A DNA stretch of 64,000 nt from Lophium mytilinum. Its lineage: Eukaryota. Location: contig MU004187.1 of NCBI GenBank assembly GCA_010093605.1, positions 1,124,018 through 1,188,017 on the forward strand, given 5' to 3'. Every line of letters begins with the position of its first letter. Positions within the stretch are counted from its first letter, which is position 1. A program made the translations under genes and the position numbers. Positions 25,972 through 38,134 of this stretch are shown here, one piece after another. Below the pieces are notes generated by a model. That model saw nothing but the letters and a program-made list of their open reading frames with translations. It did no database searches and was not told where the DNA came from.

Positions 25972-28737
25972 ATGCGGTCCCCCATCTTTCTTCTCCCGAC
26001 GCTTCTGGGGCTTGTTGCGGCACAGACTGAACTTACCGGCATACCGGTACCCACGCAAGAACCGCAACCTTCGGCGACGGAAACTGTGAGCGGGCCTATT
26101 AGCACGGCGAAAGCGTGCGCGCAAGTAGCAGAATTGGTTTCTGATTCGTCCTTTACGAACCCGAGTGTTGAGGCTGAGGTATGTGAAATTTACTATGCGG
26201 GTGAAATAGGTGGATAGAAAAATTGGAACAGCAAGACCAACGTGTGGGTCTTTGTGGCAGTTCGACACCGTCTGGGGCGACCTGGTGCGCTATCAGAGTT
26301 TCTAAAATTGTTGTTTTGCAGATTTTGATAACCTACCATGGGACCTCACCTCAAATGGTGCTAGCCAAGTGTACGCGGCCCCTATGGAGTGTGTATCTAA
26401 AAGACATGAGTCAGAATAGAATCACAGATTCGATTCTCAAGCTTGCTATACGTTAGATACACACCCCATGTAGGGATGTGCACACTTGCCTAGCACTGTT
26501 TGAGGGCCCTGGCACGTAATTAAGAATTGGACATAACAGCTTCAACAAGCTAGAGAGCTCTCTGGGCCACTTCAAGCGGTGTTGGACTGTCGCTTTTTTC
26601 AACAAAACCTAATAGCATCGTGTTGGAATCCAAGGTTGTAGGACTAAATGCTGATAATTGCATATAGTTGGCGCATGCTTGCCTCCTCTCCGTACCATTC
26701 GTATCCGATGCCGGAAACCTCACCATCGAGATGGTCAGGCGCCTAGCGGAACTCCAGTCGACCATTTCGTACCTGAAAAGCCCTCCGGAAGGCTATTCAA
26801 ATGACCCTGTCGATATAATCAAAGGACTGCAAGACATCCAGGACAATATCGGGAAATATAAGGACGAATTCACATTTGAAACGGATATTGCGTCGTTGAT
26901 TGGGCAAGCACACGATGGACACTTCAATTTCAACGGAATGGCTTTCAATGGTGCTTTCCGGTGGCGACGAAGCAGGCAGATTGCTCTCATTTCTGGCTCG
27001 CAAGATGGAGGAATCCCCAAGCTTTATGCCATTCAAGACTTCAACAAAACAAACGCCGGCAACGCCGGCTTCACGCCCTCAGCTGTAACGAAAATAAACG
27101 GTGAAGATGCGGTTACGTTTATTGGCAAGGAAGCTCCACTTTCGACATACCATGATCCGGATACGAGGTGGAATGCTATGTTCTACATGCAAGCTGCCGA
27201 ATCCTATGGATACTTCACGAATCCAAGGTACTACCCTGGTCCAACAACGAACGTTACATTCGAAAATGGGACCGAGCACTCTTATATCAACGCTGCAGTA
27301 GTTCTAGATACTTCGGCATGGAGCTATATCGAGGATGGAAAGACTTTCTACGAGAATTACATCGCTCCTTCGGCTACTGGCAACTCCAAAATCAAGAAGA
27401 GGGACCCCTCTTTCCCGCCTACTCTCCTGGAGCATCCGAGGGATATCGATCTAGCTCTGACAAGACGCGCGGTTCCAATCAACTACCCCCCACCTGCGGT
27501 CAAACATTCCGCATCAGACGTGTACATGGGCGGCTACTTCATCAATGACTACGGAGTGTTGATGATGCAGACTTTCAGCACAGAGTCAGTCACAGATGCG
27601 CTGAAATTCCAATCAGTCATCCAGACATTCATCTCTGAGGCTGTCTCCCGAGGTACCAAGAAGATCATCGTCGACGTGCGTGATAACGGTGGCGGCAAGA
27701 TCTTCCTAGGCTACGACGCCTACAAGCAGTTCTTCCCCACAGAAGAACCCCAACTGCAATCCCGCTACCGCGCTGCCGACGCCAACGACCTCCTAGGCGA
27801 GAAGATCTCCACGCTGAGCTTCAACACCCGCACCGGCGACCTCTTCACATCCCCCTTCAACTACCACTCCTACGACGACGCCGACCTCAAGCCCTTCACA
27901 AGCTGGGACGACATGACACCGCCCGCCTCCTTCAACAACGACAGATTCACCAACCTCCTCCGCTACAACCTCTCCAACCCCCTCACCTCCACCTCGGACG
28001 AATTCTCCATCGGCGTGACCGTAACCGGCTACCTCGACCGCGCCAACTTCACCGCCCAGCCCTTCAAACCCGAGAACATCGTCATCCTCTCCAACGGCAT
28101 CTGCGCCTCCACCTGCTCCCTCTTCACCGAGCTCATGCACACCCAATCCGGCGTGCGCACCATCGCCCTCGGCGGCCGCCCCCAGCTCGGCCCCATGCAA
28201 GCCGTCGGCGGCACAAAGGGCTCCCTCGTGCTGCAGAGCACCTACCTCGCCTCCCTCTCCAACATCGTGCTGCAGGAGTTCGCGACGTCGCAGAGCGAGG
28301 CGGACCACTGGTCTGGGTTCCTGCTCGGCGACTTCGCTATCAACGCGAACGCTGCGAGCGTCAATTTCCAGGACAATATCCGTAAGGGGGATGAGAAGGC
28401 GGGCGTGCCGACGCAGTTTGTGAATGATACTGCGGATTGTAGGCTGTGGATGACGCCGCAGATGTATTTGAATGTGAGCGCTGTGTGGGATGAGGTGGCG
28501 GCGGTGGCGTGGGGTGGGAAGGGGGGTGTTTTGGATGAGGGGAAGTGTGTGGGTGGGAGTGCGACGAGTCAGCAGGCTGCGGCGAGTAGTGCGAGTGTGA
28601 GTGGGGGGAAGGCGAAGCCGACGGGGAGTAAGGGGGCGGCGCCGGGTGTGGTGCCGGAGGTGGGGAGGGTGGTGTGGGTTGTGGGTGTGTGGGTAGGCGT
28701 GAGTTTGGCAGCGGGGATGGGGCTGGTATTGTGGTAA
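25972..28737 (+). CDS. Secreted, probably GPI-anchored S41-family peptidase
   Basis: Exon 25972-26178, 489-nt intron, exon 26668-28737; AHACLLSVPF, DGHF, IIVDVRDNGGG, LSNGICASTCSLF, GGRP.GPMQAVGGTKG; Ser/Gly linker and hydrophobic C-terminus. Confidence 0.92.
26349..26505. repeat. Long imperfect inverted repeat (hairpin or MITE-like) inside the S41 intron
   Basis: Arms of about 52 bp at 26349-26400 and 26453-26505 are reverse complements with mismatches; inner stem agaatagaatc/gattcgattct. Confidence 0.85.
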
Positions 28738-29001
28738 TGCAGGGTATGGATGTTGTTTGCATTGATGGGCGTTTTTGGGAATGATGCATCTGTAGCGGAT
28801 CTATTGAGAAAGGGCCTTTATTGTGGTAGATATACCCCCAATATCTAAACAGCAGACCAGTGCTTTGTAGTTCGTAAATGCATATTACCTATACGATATC
28901 AGAAAATCATACCCCTTCGTGATACCTCGTATCTAAATTCTTCCTGCATGCCCGTCAAACCAATCTACATCCTCCCCCTTTCCCTTTGTGAGACCCAGTT
29001 T

Positions 29002-29376
29002 CTAACTCTTCCCGGCATGTCCACCATGCCAATCTACCTCCTTCCCCGTTCCCTTTCCCTCGTTTCCTCTGCCCCCTGCCGCCGGTGCCGGATTCTCCAT
29101 TACGACCTCCCCGGACTTCTCACTGAGTCGCCTCTCCCACTCCTTGCCCTTGTTGGCCTTCGCACCACAAAGGTCGCATACCTCCTTCCGCTCATATTTC
29201 TCTGGTCGGTTGAGGCAGGGTTCTTCAAAGACTGGGAAGGACTTGCTTTCATCAGTCGTCGGGAGGCGGCCCTGGTGGAGGCGAGGAATGATGCGGGCGC
29301 AGTAGGTAATAGAGGCCGTAAGCTTGCGGCAATCGCAGCCGGAGAACGTGGTATGGGTGGTGTTGTATATGCACAT
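29002..29376 (-). CDS. Small Cys-containing hypothetical protein (124 aa)
   Basis: MC..CDC..C..C..CDLC pattern seen in small fungal metal-binding proteins; TATAAA upstream on minus strand at about 29622-29627. Confidence 0.6.
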   Translation of the reverse strand: MCIYNTTHTTFSGCDCRKLTASITYCARIIPRLHQGRLPTTDESKSFPVFEEPCLNRPEKYERKEVCDLCGAKANKGKEWERRLSEKSGEVVMENPAPAAGGRGNEGKGTGKEVDWHGGHAGKS

Positions 29377-30072
29377 CGTAGGAGTGAGTCGTTCGGACAG
29401 CGGTTGGATGTTCAGAGTAGATCTTGGTTGTGAGTGCGTGCTAGGTAGGTTTAGTGATGATTTTTGGAGATTTACATTGAGTTGTAGATTTGGATTAGTT
29501 ATAGAGCTTACAAGATTTTCTAGGAGTAGAGAGTGAGTACAGGATGTGATATTCTGATGGAATTCTATGAGACAGTTGGTGTTGGTGGATCTGGAGAAAG
29601 CACTTGGAGCTGTGGAGGGGGTTTATATGTTAGGAATTGATGGGGGCAGTGGAGGCTTCGCAGTGCTGGCAGTGCCAACGGATTATTCGTTATATGCTAG
29701 AACTTGGACTTTCGTGATGCAGATATACGATAAGTGTGAATGTAAAATAGTGGTGTTGTTCGCGGATAGAGACGGGTTTGTTGTGCGTGAACCAATCATA
29801 TCCACGTACTGAAAGGATCTCGATATGAAGGAGGTTTCGGTTATCGAGCATCTTTCGTTTCATGAACAGCACTCATTGGAGTGTTCTGGTATAGACATGG
29901 CTGCTTTGTGTTGGTGTTATGTGCCGTTGGTAGCCATGCTTTGTGGTATATAAAATAATCTTCACTGCTAGCTCTTTCTTCTTGATATTTGCGACCTCCT
30001 CAAATACCCCGGAATTCATACACTATACTCCAGATCCACGAGCACCCCCAAAACCTATCCCAGCTCTTGGAG

Positions 30073-30240
30073 ATGGCGTCTAGAAAAGTGCCTAATTTGG
30101 CGGCACGAGTCAAGGTTCAAGGCTGGCAATGCTGCAGCTGTGGTGGCAAATGGGCTAACAAGGACTGGCCCTACTGCCCTAGCTGCCAACATCTCAACTG
30201 CCTTTCCTGCCAGTACGGGAATGTCTATAATGATGGGTAG
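30073..30240 (+). CDS. 55-aa zinc-ribbon-like microprotein
   Basis: MASRK...WQCCSC..CPSCQHLNCLSC; TATAAAA at about 29948. Confidence 0.65.
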   Translation: MASRKVPNLAARVKVQGWQCCSCGGKWANKDWPYCPSCQHLNCLSCQYGNVYNDG

Positions 30241-30480
30241 ATGGTGAGCTTCCGAGGAATGGCACACCGGTGAGCTTGGTCCATAGTTTGAATGTCTGCG
30301 GCGTCTCCGTTCCATGCAAGATGAATGAAGATTTTCCGTGTTGGCGATCTTCGTGACTCTCGCGGAAGACTCCATAAAATAAATGCATCGACCATCGAAA
30401 AGTGCTCTTAGATCCGTAATGAAAACGTATCTCTTTTTTTTCAGGAACCATCTCTTGGCGTCCGGCTTCTTGGCTGCGTC

Positions 30481-31266
30481 TCATTCATCCAAGACGTCAG
30501 CATCCTCAACCGGCTTCCTCCAAACCCTCACACTCCTCTCAAACCCAAACTCATCTCTCTCCCACCCATCCACCTCTTCCCAGCCTTGACTCTTCAACAC
30601 ATCATCAAATGGCGGCCTCAATCCAAGTTTCTTGAAATTTTCCCTCAAGCTCGGACACTTCTTCACAGCTCTCTTATAATTCGCCCAGTCTTGCGGCTCA
30701 ATGATTAGATAGCCTCCCGGCTTGAGAACGGTGAACAGATGGGCGAACAAGTCGATCAGCACTTGATCTGAAGTGTTCAAATGTACCCATTTGATGACGC
30801 TGAGTAGGAGCACCACATCCCAGTCAGTTCCAGCCGCAGCGCCCGTGAAGGGGATAGTAGAGGCGAAGTCAAAGAGCTCGAAAGTGACCTTCTGCGCAGT
30901 GTCCTCCTTTTCACTAGATTTAACCTTCTCAGCTTGATCGATCAAGAAGGAGTCTATGTCGATACCCACGACTTCAGAAGCTGCAAAGTGACTTGCAAGC
31001 TCGAGCGTTAGTTTGCCTGAGTTGCATCCTAAATCGAGGATACGCTTTCCACCAGTGATGAAGGTCGAGAGTTGGGTAAGCCGTGTATCGGGGGAAATGG
31101 GAGAGCGAAAGTGGGTGTAGTAGGACTTGTAGTTGCCGAAGCGATGGAGCTCGTGGTTGGCTTTGTTGAGACGTTCTTTTGAGATGGCTGGAGCAGTGCT
31201 CTCCGCTGAGGCATCTATTATGGACGTAACAGCCCCGGCCTTATCTGGCCTTTCTTCAGGTGACAT
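30481..31266 (-). CDS. Bin3/MePCE/Bmc1-like RNA methylphosphate-capping methyltransferase
   Basis: Intronless 261 aa from ATG 31266; FGNYKSYY, LDLGCNSG, GIDID, LLLSVIKWVHLN, LKPGGYLIIEPQDW..Y, GFERSV. Confidence 0.9.
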   Translation of the reverse strand: MSPEERPDKAGAVTSIIDASAESTAPAISKERLNKANHELHRFGNYKSYYTHFRSPISPDTRLTQLSTFITGGKRILDLGCNSGKLTLELASHFAASEVVGIDIDSFLIDQAEKVKSSEKEDTAQKVTFELFDFASTIPFTGAAAGTDWDVVLLLSVIKWVHLNTSDQVLIDLFAHLFTVLKPGGYLIIEPQDWANYKRAVKKCPSLRENFKKLGLRPPFDDVLKSQGWEEVDGWERDEFGFERSVRVWRKPVEDADVLDE

Positions 31267-31870
31267 TATGGATGTAGATGACGTTAGTTGGGAGATGGTG
31301 GAGTATGTGCCTTGGTCTATGAATGGTGCATGAAGAGAAGAAATTTGAGATTTTAGACGTGTGTTGCAAGGCACGTGACTGCTGTCTGTTTGGTTATTCG
31401 ATGCTGATAAACTAGACGTTCCTTTCGATACCGTATGGTCAAAGTAGATCTATGTCATGGTGTTTTGTGATGCTCCGTCTGGTGTTGTAGAGAGCAGACT
31501 CAAGGAAGAGAGTCTCGATGAGAGGAGACCCGATCGGCGGGATCTCGACCACAGTCTCGGAAAACGCACCCGAAATCGGTGCGCCACACGTATCGATTCT
31601 GCCACCACCACCGTCATCCCGTCCTGTCAGGCCACATGCGGTTTGCCGCATACCATGCCGCTGGATCCTGAGCAGGAATGTACATGTGGCTGGACTGTCG
31701 TGGCCAGCCGAGCCTCACAGTCGAGACGGTGGATGCTCCGCGCGTACAGTGCCCAACATTTCCTTACCGTCCTCAAAGACCCGAGCTATGAGTTATCAGA
31801 TTCCCTTCCCAAGCATTGCCTTTGATTTTTTTCTTCAAGTCTATCGTATCGTTGCCCACAGAGACTTTAT

Positions 31871-33988
31871 ATGGCCAATGACGGCATGTTTCTCCCGTCC
31901 ATACAGGACAACTCCACCCCAACCGCGACATCAGAGGCACAACCAGACTCTCACCATGAGTCAGATGACAGCTCCTCCGACTCATCTACTACAGCCCCCA
32001 CAAAGCGAACCCGCTTGAAAACCTTCGGTAGAAAGACTAAATCCAAAACCAAACGAATCCTCCACATCGATGACACAAAGACCGAGCTCAAAGCCGAGCA
32101 AGACGGCTATCTCAGCGACCTAGAGAACAACCCAGCCTTCAATCCCCCAAAGGTCGTAGAACCCAGCACTCTCGACAAAATCTCTGGAAATCTAAAGGTC
32201 GCTGGCAGCGCCGTGATCCACCCCTTGCACTATGTGAAAAGCAAAACAGCGTCGACGCTGGCGACGACGGACCAGCCCTACTTCTCTGCCGAAGCGGACG
32301 GTGACTTGCTCGACGCGCACGCAGCACTCGGCCGGGCACAGTCTTTCATGAGTGGGAGTAGCAGTGATGACGAAGCCAAAGAAAACGATGTTCAGAAATG
32401 GCAGAAGGTCATTGATGACATCGAAGCAAAACGTGAGATGACCAAGGTTGCATGGACGACGGGGCGGTTCTGCCATAGAGTCAGAGTAATGGCGAAGCCC
32501 GAAGTCAAGTTCCCTGAGAAGAGCACATTCCAAGAGTTCGACGAGAACGGGAAGCTGGTGAGGTTTCAGTATGAAAAGTGGATTGGACATCTATTACTAT
32601 ACATCACACAGGACATGGGGTCGCGGTGTATCGACGACTCCACTGACTTGCCGTTCAATCGGGATGTCCTTGTCCAAAACGTTGAGCGTCTCATCATGGC
32701 TTCTGGGCCGTGGCAGGAGTGGTTGCTTACGCTGAGGAGTATCTACCGATGGGAAGACCCAAAAGTTACTGGGAGGTGGTTTGCGGTTTGGGCGTTGGTT
32801 TGGTATTTGAACTGCACGATATCCTTCACGGTCAGTCCTACCCACGTCCTGAAATCGTATATGAAAAAGTCTGACACTGCTTCAGCTGTGCTACGTCGTT
32901 TTCATCGTCCTCCAAAACCGCTTCACCTCTCAACCCATCGAAAAACTGCGAGCCTCGCACGAAAGGGCCATGGACCGCGGCAAGAGTGCGCTCAAGTTTG
33001 GCGACCTCATCAACCGCCATGGCACAGGCGATTGGATAGACCCTTTAATAGACGGCGTGGGTCCCGTGGCACAAGTCCAACTTGGCGACATCGCGGATCT
33101 CCTGGAGATACTCGTAAATTTCTACAACTGGAAGTATCCACGGTTGACCGCGTATACTATTTTCTTCTTTTGCACTTGTATCACGGTCGGTCTTCTGACA
33201 CCAGCCGATTTCTCGCTCAAGATTGTAACAATGATAATCATATGTAAGTTTACCTCCCTAGTATGATAAGACAACTCAGCTGATTGTGTCACCAGGGTGG
33301 TTCTTCCTCGGACGATTTGTCGCGAGCTATCACCCAAAATACAGACATCTCGTCTCCCCTATCAAATACGTCTACTGGGACATCCCAACACACGGTACGC
33401 TCTCTCCTCCCCTCCCATGACCTAAGCTGATAACAGACAGCGGAATGGGCCTTCACCTACCTCCGCAAAACCGCCCAAGAAGCGCGCCAAAAGATGATCG
33501 AGCGAAAAATCCAACACCAACACGACATCGAAACCCGCCACCACCCCACCTACCAAGGCCACGTCGCGCCCTCGCCAAGCCCAGGTATCGCCGGACACAG
33601 CGACGACGACGACGACGACTGGCACTCCGCCGCCTCCTCCGGCGGCATCCTCGACGAAACCGACTTCCTCTGCTTCCGCTGCAGCCACCACGACGTTGCC
33701 GGCCAGCTGGCGATCTACTCGGACGGCATCCGCTTCATCCGCCGGTTTCCGAAGAAAGAGCTGTGGCGGCGGTCGTTTAGCGAGATTGCCGAGGTGAATA
33801 AACTTACGGGGTCGAGAACGGTGAAGTTGAAGAAGGAGAGGTTGCTGGAGTTTACGTTTGTGGGCGGGGTCGTGGAGAAGCTGGAGGATGTCAAGCGGAG
33901 GGATGAGGCGTTTAATGCTGTTATTGGGTTTTCGGGGCTGCATTGGCAGCAGTTGCAACCTAGGCATGATGCTAATGTCAAGACTTGA
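31871..33988 (+). CDS. Membrane protein with central TM segments and C-terminal GRAM/PH-like domain (DUF3292-like)
   Basis: Exons 31871-32830, 32886-33243, 33296-33394, 33441-33988 with canonical splice sites; IYRWEDP..T, NFYNW..PRLT, WDIPT.AEWAF, RDEAFNAVIG. Family label tentative. Confidence 0.75.
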
Positions 33989-34434
33989 GTGGCGAGGTAC
34001 TCAGGATAAAAGGTTTTTTATACTGTCAGGTAGCTACTACCCTGTCTCCACTGTTAAGTCATAACTAGACTGTCATATCTTATCGGAAGATTCCATGGAG
34101 TAGCGAGCGCGCTGGTTGCAATGAGGCAGGACGACATCAAGATACGAACCATGTATGGCCCATATACTGGCAGCGTGCTAGTTGAACATCATAGCGGATC
34201 CTTTAGGTCACAGAGTAGCCAGAAATAAACGTCCGCTCAAGCCTCAAAGTAAGTCTGTAAGGGGAAAGAGTCAGGAGCAAGAGGTGTGAGGTAAATGTAA
34301 AGATCGAATGAGTCGCAATTATAGTCATATGATGTTGGGATGGAGCCATATTATTAAGTACATACATACATATTAATCATCTAGACAAGCCTATCCCTTA
34401 TGTCCCACTCGACCGCATGACCCAATGCCCTCTT

Positions 34435-37434
34435 TCACTTCGGTTTAGGACAACCCAGATTAGCATTACCAATAGTCGGCACGCAGACGCCCGTCCGCAA
34501 TGAAGTGTCGAGCTTCGAGAGACTCGAGATTCCAGAGAATTTCGAATTTGAAAACCCAGACGCCGCCTTGCTCTCTTGGGTGCTCAGAATGTTGCAGAAC
34601 GTATTGGCGCCCCGACAGCTCCCATCGCGATTCTGGCAAGGAGGGAGGCATGCGTTCGCAAAGATTTTCTTGTTATTTGAGCACGTAACGAGGATCTGCT
34701 TGCAGAGGGAAATCTCATCGTCGCAGGTCCCTTTGCTGTTACAGGCCTGGATCTCGGAATTGCGTTTGGGGACCCCCTTCCCATCGGGCAGCCCGCCTGT
34801 CGGCTCGAAGTTGAAGTCCACGTGCTCCTCGACGTGTAGGGTAGGGGCTTGCGCTGTTGCTGGCGGCGGAGGCTTTGGTGTGCCTTGATTGGTTGAAGCA
34901 GCATAGCCAGTCGAGCCTTCGACGCAAAGTGACTCGTCATTCCAAATGGCAGCAGCGGCATCTCTCCATAACTTTTCAATGTTGTAGATGTTCGCGATGG
35001 TGTAGTAGATACGACAATTGGCCGCTTCGTACTTGAATTGTAAAGGCGTGGTGTCGTTGGCGCGGACTTGATCTCGAAGGTTTATACCAGCGAAGATTGT
35101 ATAGACGCCTGGATCTCTCACTTGCGGCAGCGAGGAGTTGGCTGTTTGGTTGATGCTGCTAGCGAATTCGATATCACCGTCGATAGTATCTGCAGAGTAG
35201 GCCCGAGCTCCCCGGTTTCCACTAGCGGCTTGCATTGGGCCTGTTGAGGGCCGTCCGCCAGCAACGACTGTGCGAACGCCAGCCTGCGTCATCATTTCCA
35301 GTAAAAGCGAACACGTCGATGAACATGCGCCATCAGTTAACTAATATATATGTTAGTAGATTTTACGCGCACCGTTTGTGAACCGAAAAGGAACTTACAA
35401 TGACTATGTCTTCGGCCTTCCATGGCTGTGGCGTCGAACTTGGATTGACCGGGTCGTATCCGGACGGAATCCATCCGTCGAACGCAGCTATGCTATATCT
35501 TGTGTCTGAGAGGTTGTATTGCTCCTGGAGAAAATCTCGCGTTAAGAATAACCCTTATACGAGTATTTGATAGACTTACGGTTAATGAAAACTCATCGTC
35601 GTGGACCCTCAAGGGGCCGAAGTACTCTGCCCAGCTAGTGAATGTCTGATTCGTCTCGGCATTAATGCGATCCGTAACGACCCACTCGTTAGCAGCAAGA
35701 GAGTCTTTGGTGAAGTCATCGTCCGATAACGAATCCCAGTATCTGGTGGTGGCACCTCCGATAATGTTGGCGAGGATATGGCTACGTCTTCTACTACCAG
35801 CGAAAGGATCGGTCGTGGGGAAGAACTGCTTGAATGTATCGAAAGCTAGATTCACGTTTCCCCCGCTATTTTGCTGAAGATCGATAATGACTCTGGATAG
35901 GTTGGCCGCTGTGGCGCCAATTATGAATTCTGAGACCGCCAGAGAGAAGTTTCCGACGTTCCAGTCAAATTGATCAAAGTCTGGGATGCTGAGGACCCCG
36001 GTAGATATGTTGTGGAGGTAATAACCGGAAACAACGCCACCTCCATCGATGGAGAGGTCCAGCTGGACAACATCTGGATTGGCAGGGTATGCGCCTAAAC
36101 TGGCATCGAACCAAGACTCCGGCGCGGGCGTGCCTGTGGGCGTTGCACTTGGAACTGCACTGGGAACTGCACTGGGGACGCTGGAGGGTGTGGCGGGCTC
36201 ATACGACGGTGGGAGAAATCCAAGTACAAAGTAGTTGTAGAAATCACCCCCGGTCGTCAAAGGTCCTGTTGGGCTGGGATTGTTGTAGATAGCAAGCCAG
36301 ATGGTTTCTAGCTGGGTGTCGTTCGCGAATGAGAAGGTCAGATTTTCACCTGGATAGAAAGTCGCGCCACCGGAAAAGGTGTTTAAAAAGCCTTGAATAT
36401 CAAGCGCGGGGTTGCTCATCAGTTGATTCCAGTCCGCGTGGGGTTCGACTGTGCCAATGGAATTGAGGGCTGCAAATCGGGTCAAGTAGTCCACAACATT
36501 CTCGCCGTTGATTTCCGTGATTGGAAACGGCTCCCAACCTTGGTCTGGGCTGTCGAGTATATCCTCTACGCTAGTATTAGCAAAAGCTCGGGGAGCTCCG
36601 TCGTGCTTATGTGTGCACAGATCTATGGCGAGAATGGTGATGGGTGGGGATGCGCAGTGCACGTACGTGTAATGTACACCTTGGGTGCTTCTTTGCCGTC
36701 TTTTGACACGGACACTATTTCGTAGGGGCTAGCAAAAGAGAAGGCCGACAGCACTCCGGCCGTGAGGTCGACATGGGCATCATGGAAAGCATACACGAGG
36801 AGCTGGAGATCGGCCTCAAAAGCATACTGGCTCTTGTAGGTACCGGCGGTGATGTTCTGCTGGATCAGCTGCAGACCCTCAAGAACATCTACCGTGGGCT
36901 GCTGATAGCCAGCAGGGGGATCTTTGAGATAGGCAATGGTGCTCTGGAACTGGAAAGTGGTGTTGAGGTAGTCGACGAAGCGAGTTGCGACTGCCGGATT
37001 GAAGGGGACCGACGACAGACATGCGTAGGCATCGCTAGCCCAAAACAGGACGGAACCTACCAACGTTAGCAGAATCCTAGCGTCTTCGAAACCATCTCCT
37101 TACCATTGTTCACGGCATCTATGATATCGCCACATATCGTATCGGCTGGGTTTGCGGCAGTAACCGTTGCTGTCGGGGTATCCTCGATTGACGAGCTCGA
37201 TATAGCACTGGATGCAATGGTGATGGCAGCGGCGTTGGCGGACACTGTGGCGCTTGATATCTGCGATGAAAGGCTCTGTGGGGGAGCGCTCGAGCTCGCT
37301 GGGCTCCCGGCTAATCCTTTTTTGATGTACGCGGCTATGTTATTCGGGTCGCGCGCAAGGGGCCGTGGGATCGACTTGCAGAGCGCGAAGCTCACGAAGC
37401 ACAGAAGCACCGTGAGGCGGCAAAAGAACGACAT
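34435..37434 (-). CDS. Secreted S41-family peptidase with C-terminal 10-Cys domain
   Basis: Exons 37434-37104, 37056-36667, 36565-35580, 35524-35399, 35340-34435; signal peptide; AYACLSSVPF, HDAH, IIDLQQNSGG, LTDGACSSTCSL, GGRPSTGPMQAASGNRG. Confidence 0.92.
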
Positions 37435-38134
37435 GTGCAAACAGGAACGATGGACGTCGGCCGCGATGCCATGGCTGCATGGCTATTATACATATTTGAG
37501 CCTCGAGGTAGGGCAGTTGCGTCTGCTGCCTGCGCCGGCTCGGCCCTTAATTTCATATTCAGCCACAAATCCGTCTCGGGTCCAAAATAAGGAAAAGGTG
37601 TAATAGCCAAGCCAAGTATAGCCTTAACAGCTGGTTAGCGTACTGGTGGTTACAACGTAATCTACGGTACTGCAAGCTAATGGCAGAGATTTCATTGGTT
37701 GAAATCGCTTTTGCAGGGTCAGAAAGCCTTTGCTACGCGGTATTTACGAGATATACTAACCGCAGTAGGTGCTAGCTAGCTGTACTTGGGCCCATCACAC
37801 TTTCGGGTGATATTGGGGCCACAAGGCTGATCCATAATCATTGTGATAGAACTTGACTGGGCCCGAGTATGTCAGTGGAGCCGAGTGCTCACCGGTTTTG
37901 GCCCCATTTCCAACACCACCGAGCGCTTCGTGCCGTGTGGAGTGGCACTACAGTCCGTGCAGAGGCTTGGGGGCCAAACCCCCCTAGGCGTGCATGGTTA
38001 GCGTTCATGCGGCCTGGCGGACCCCTCCCGTCGAAGCTTATGTTTCCTCGCAACGCCTTCATAAAACTCCGTCTGGAACGGCTGAGTTGCTACTTGCTTC
38101 ACATCTGGTTTGTCATTGTGGCGTTGTGTTTGTC

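Noticed and set aside
25972..37434. Dikaritin (ustiloxin-type) RiPP cluster
   Set aside because: No DUF3328 oxidase, tyrosinase or KR-repeat precursor; the methyltransferase is Bin3-type.
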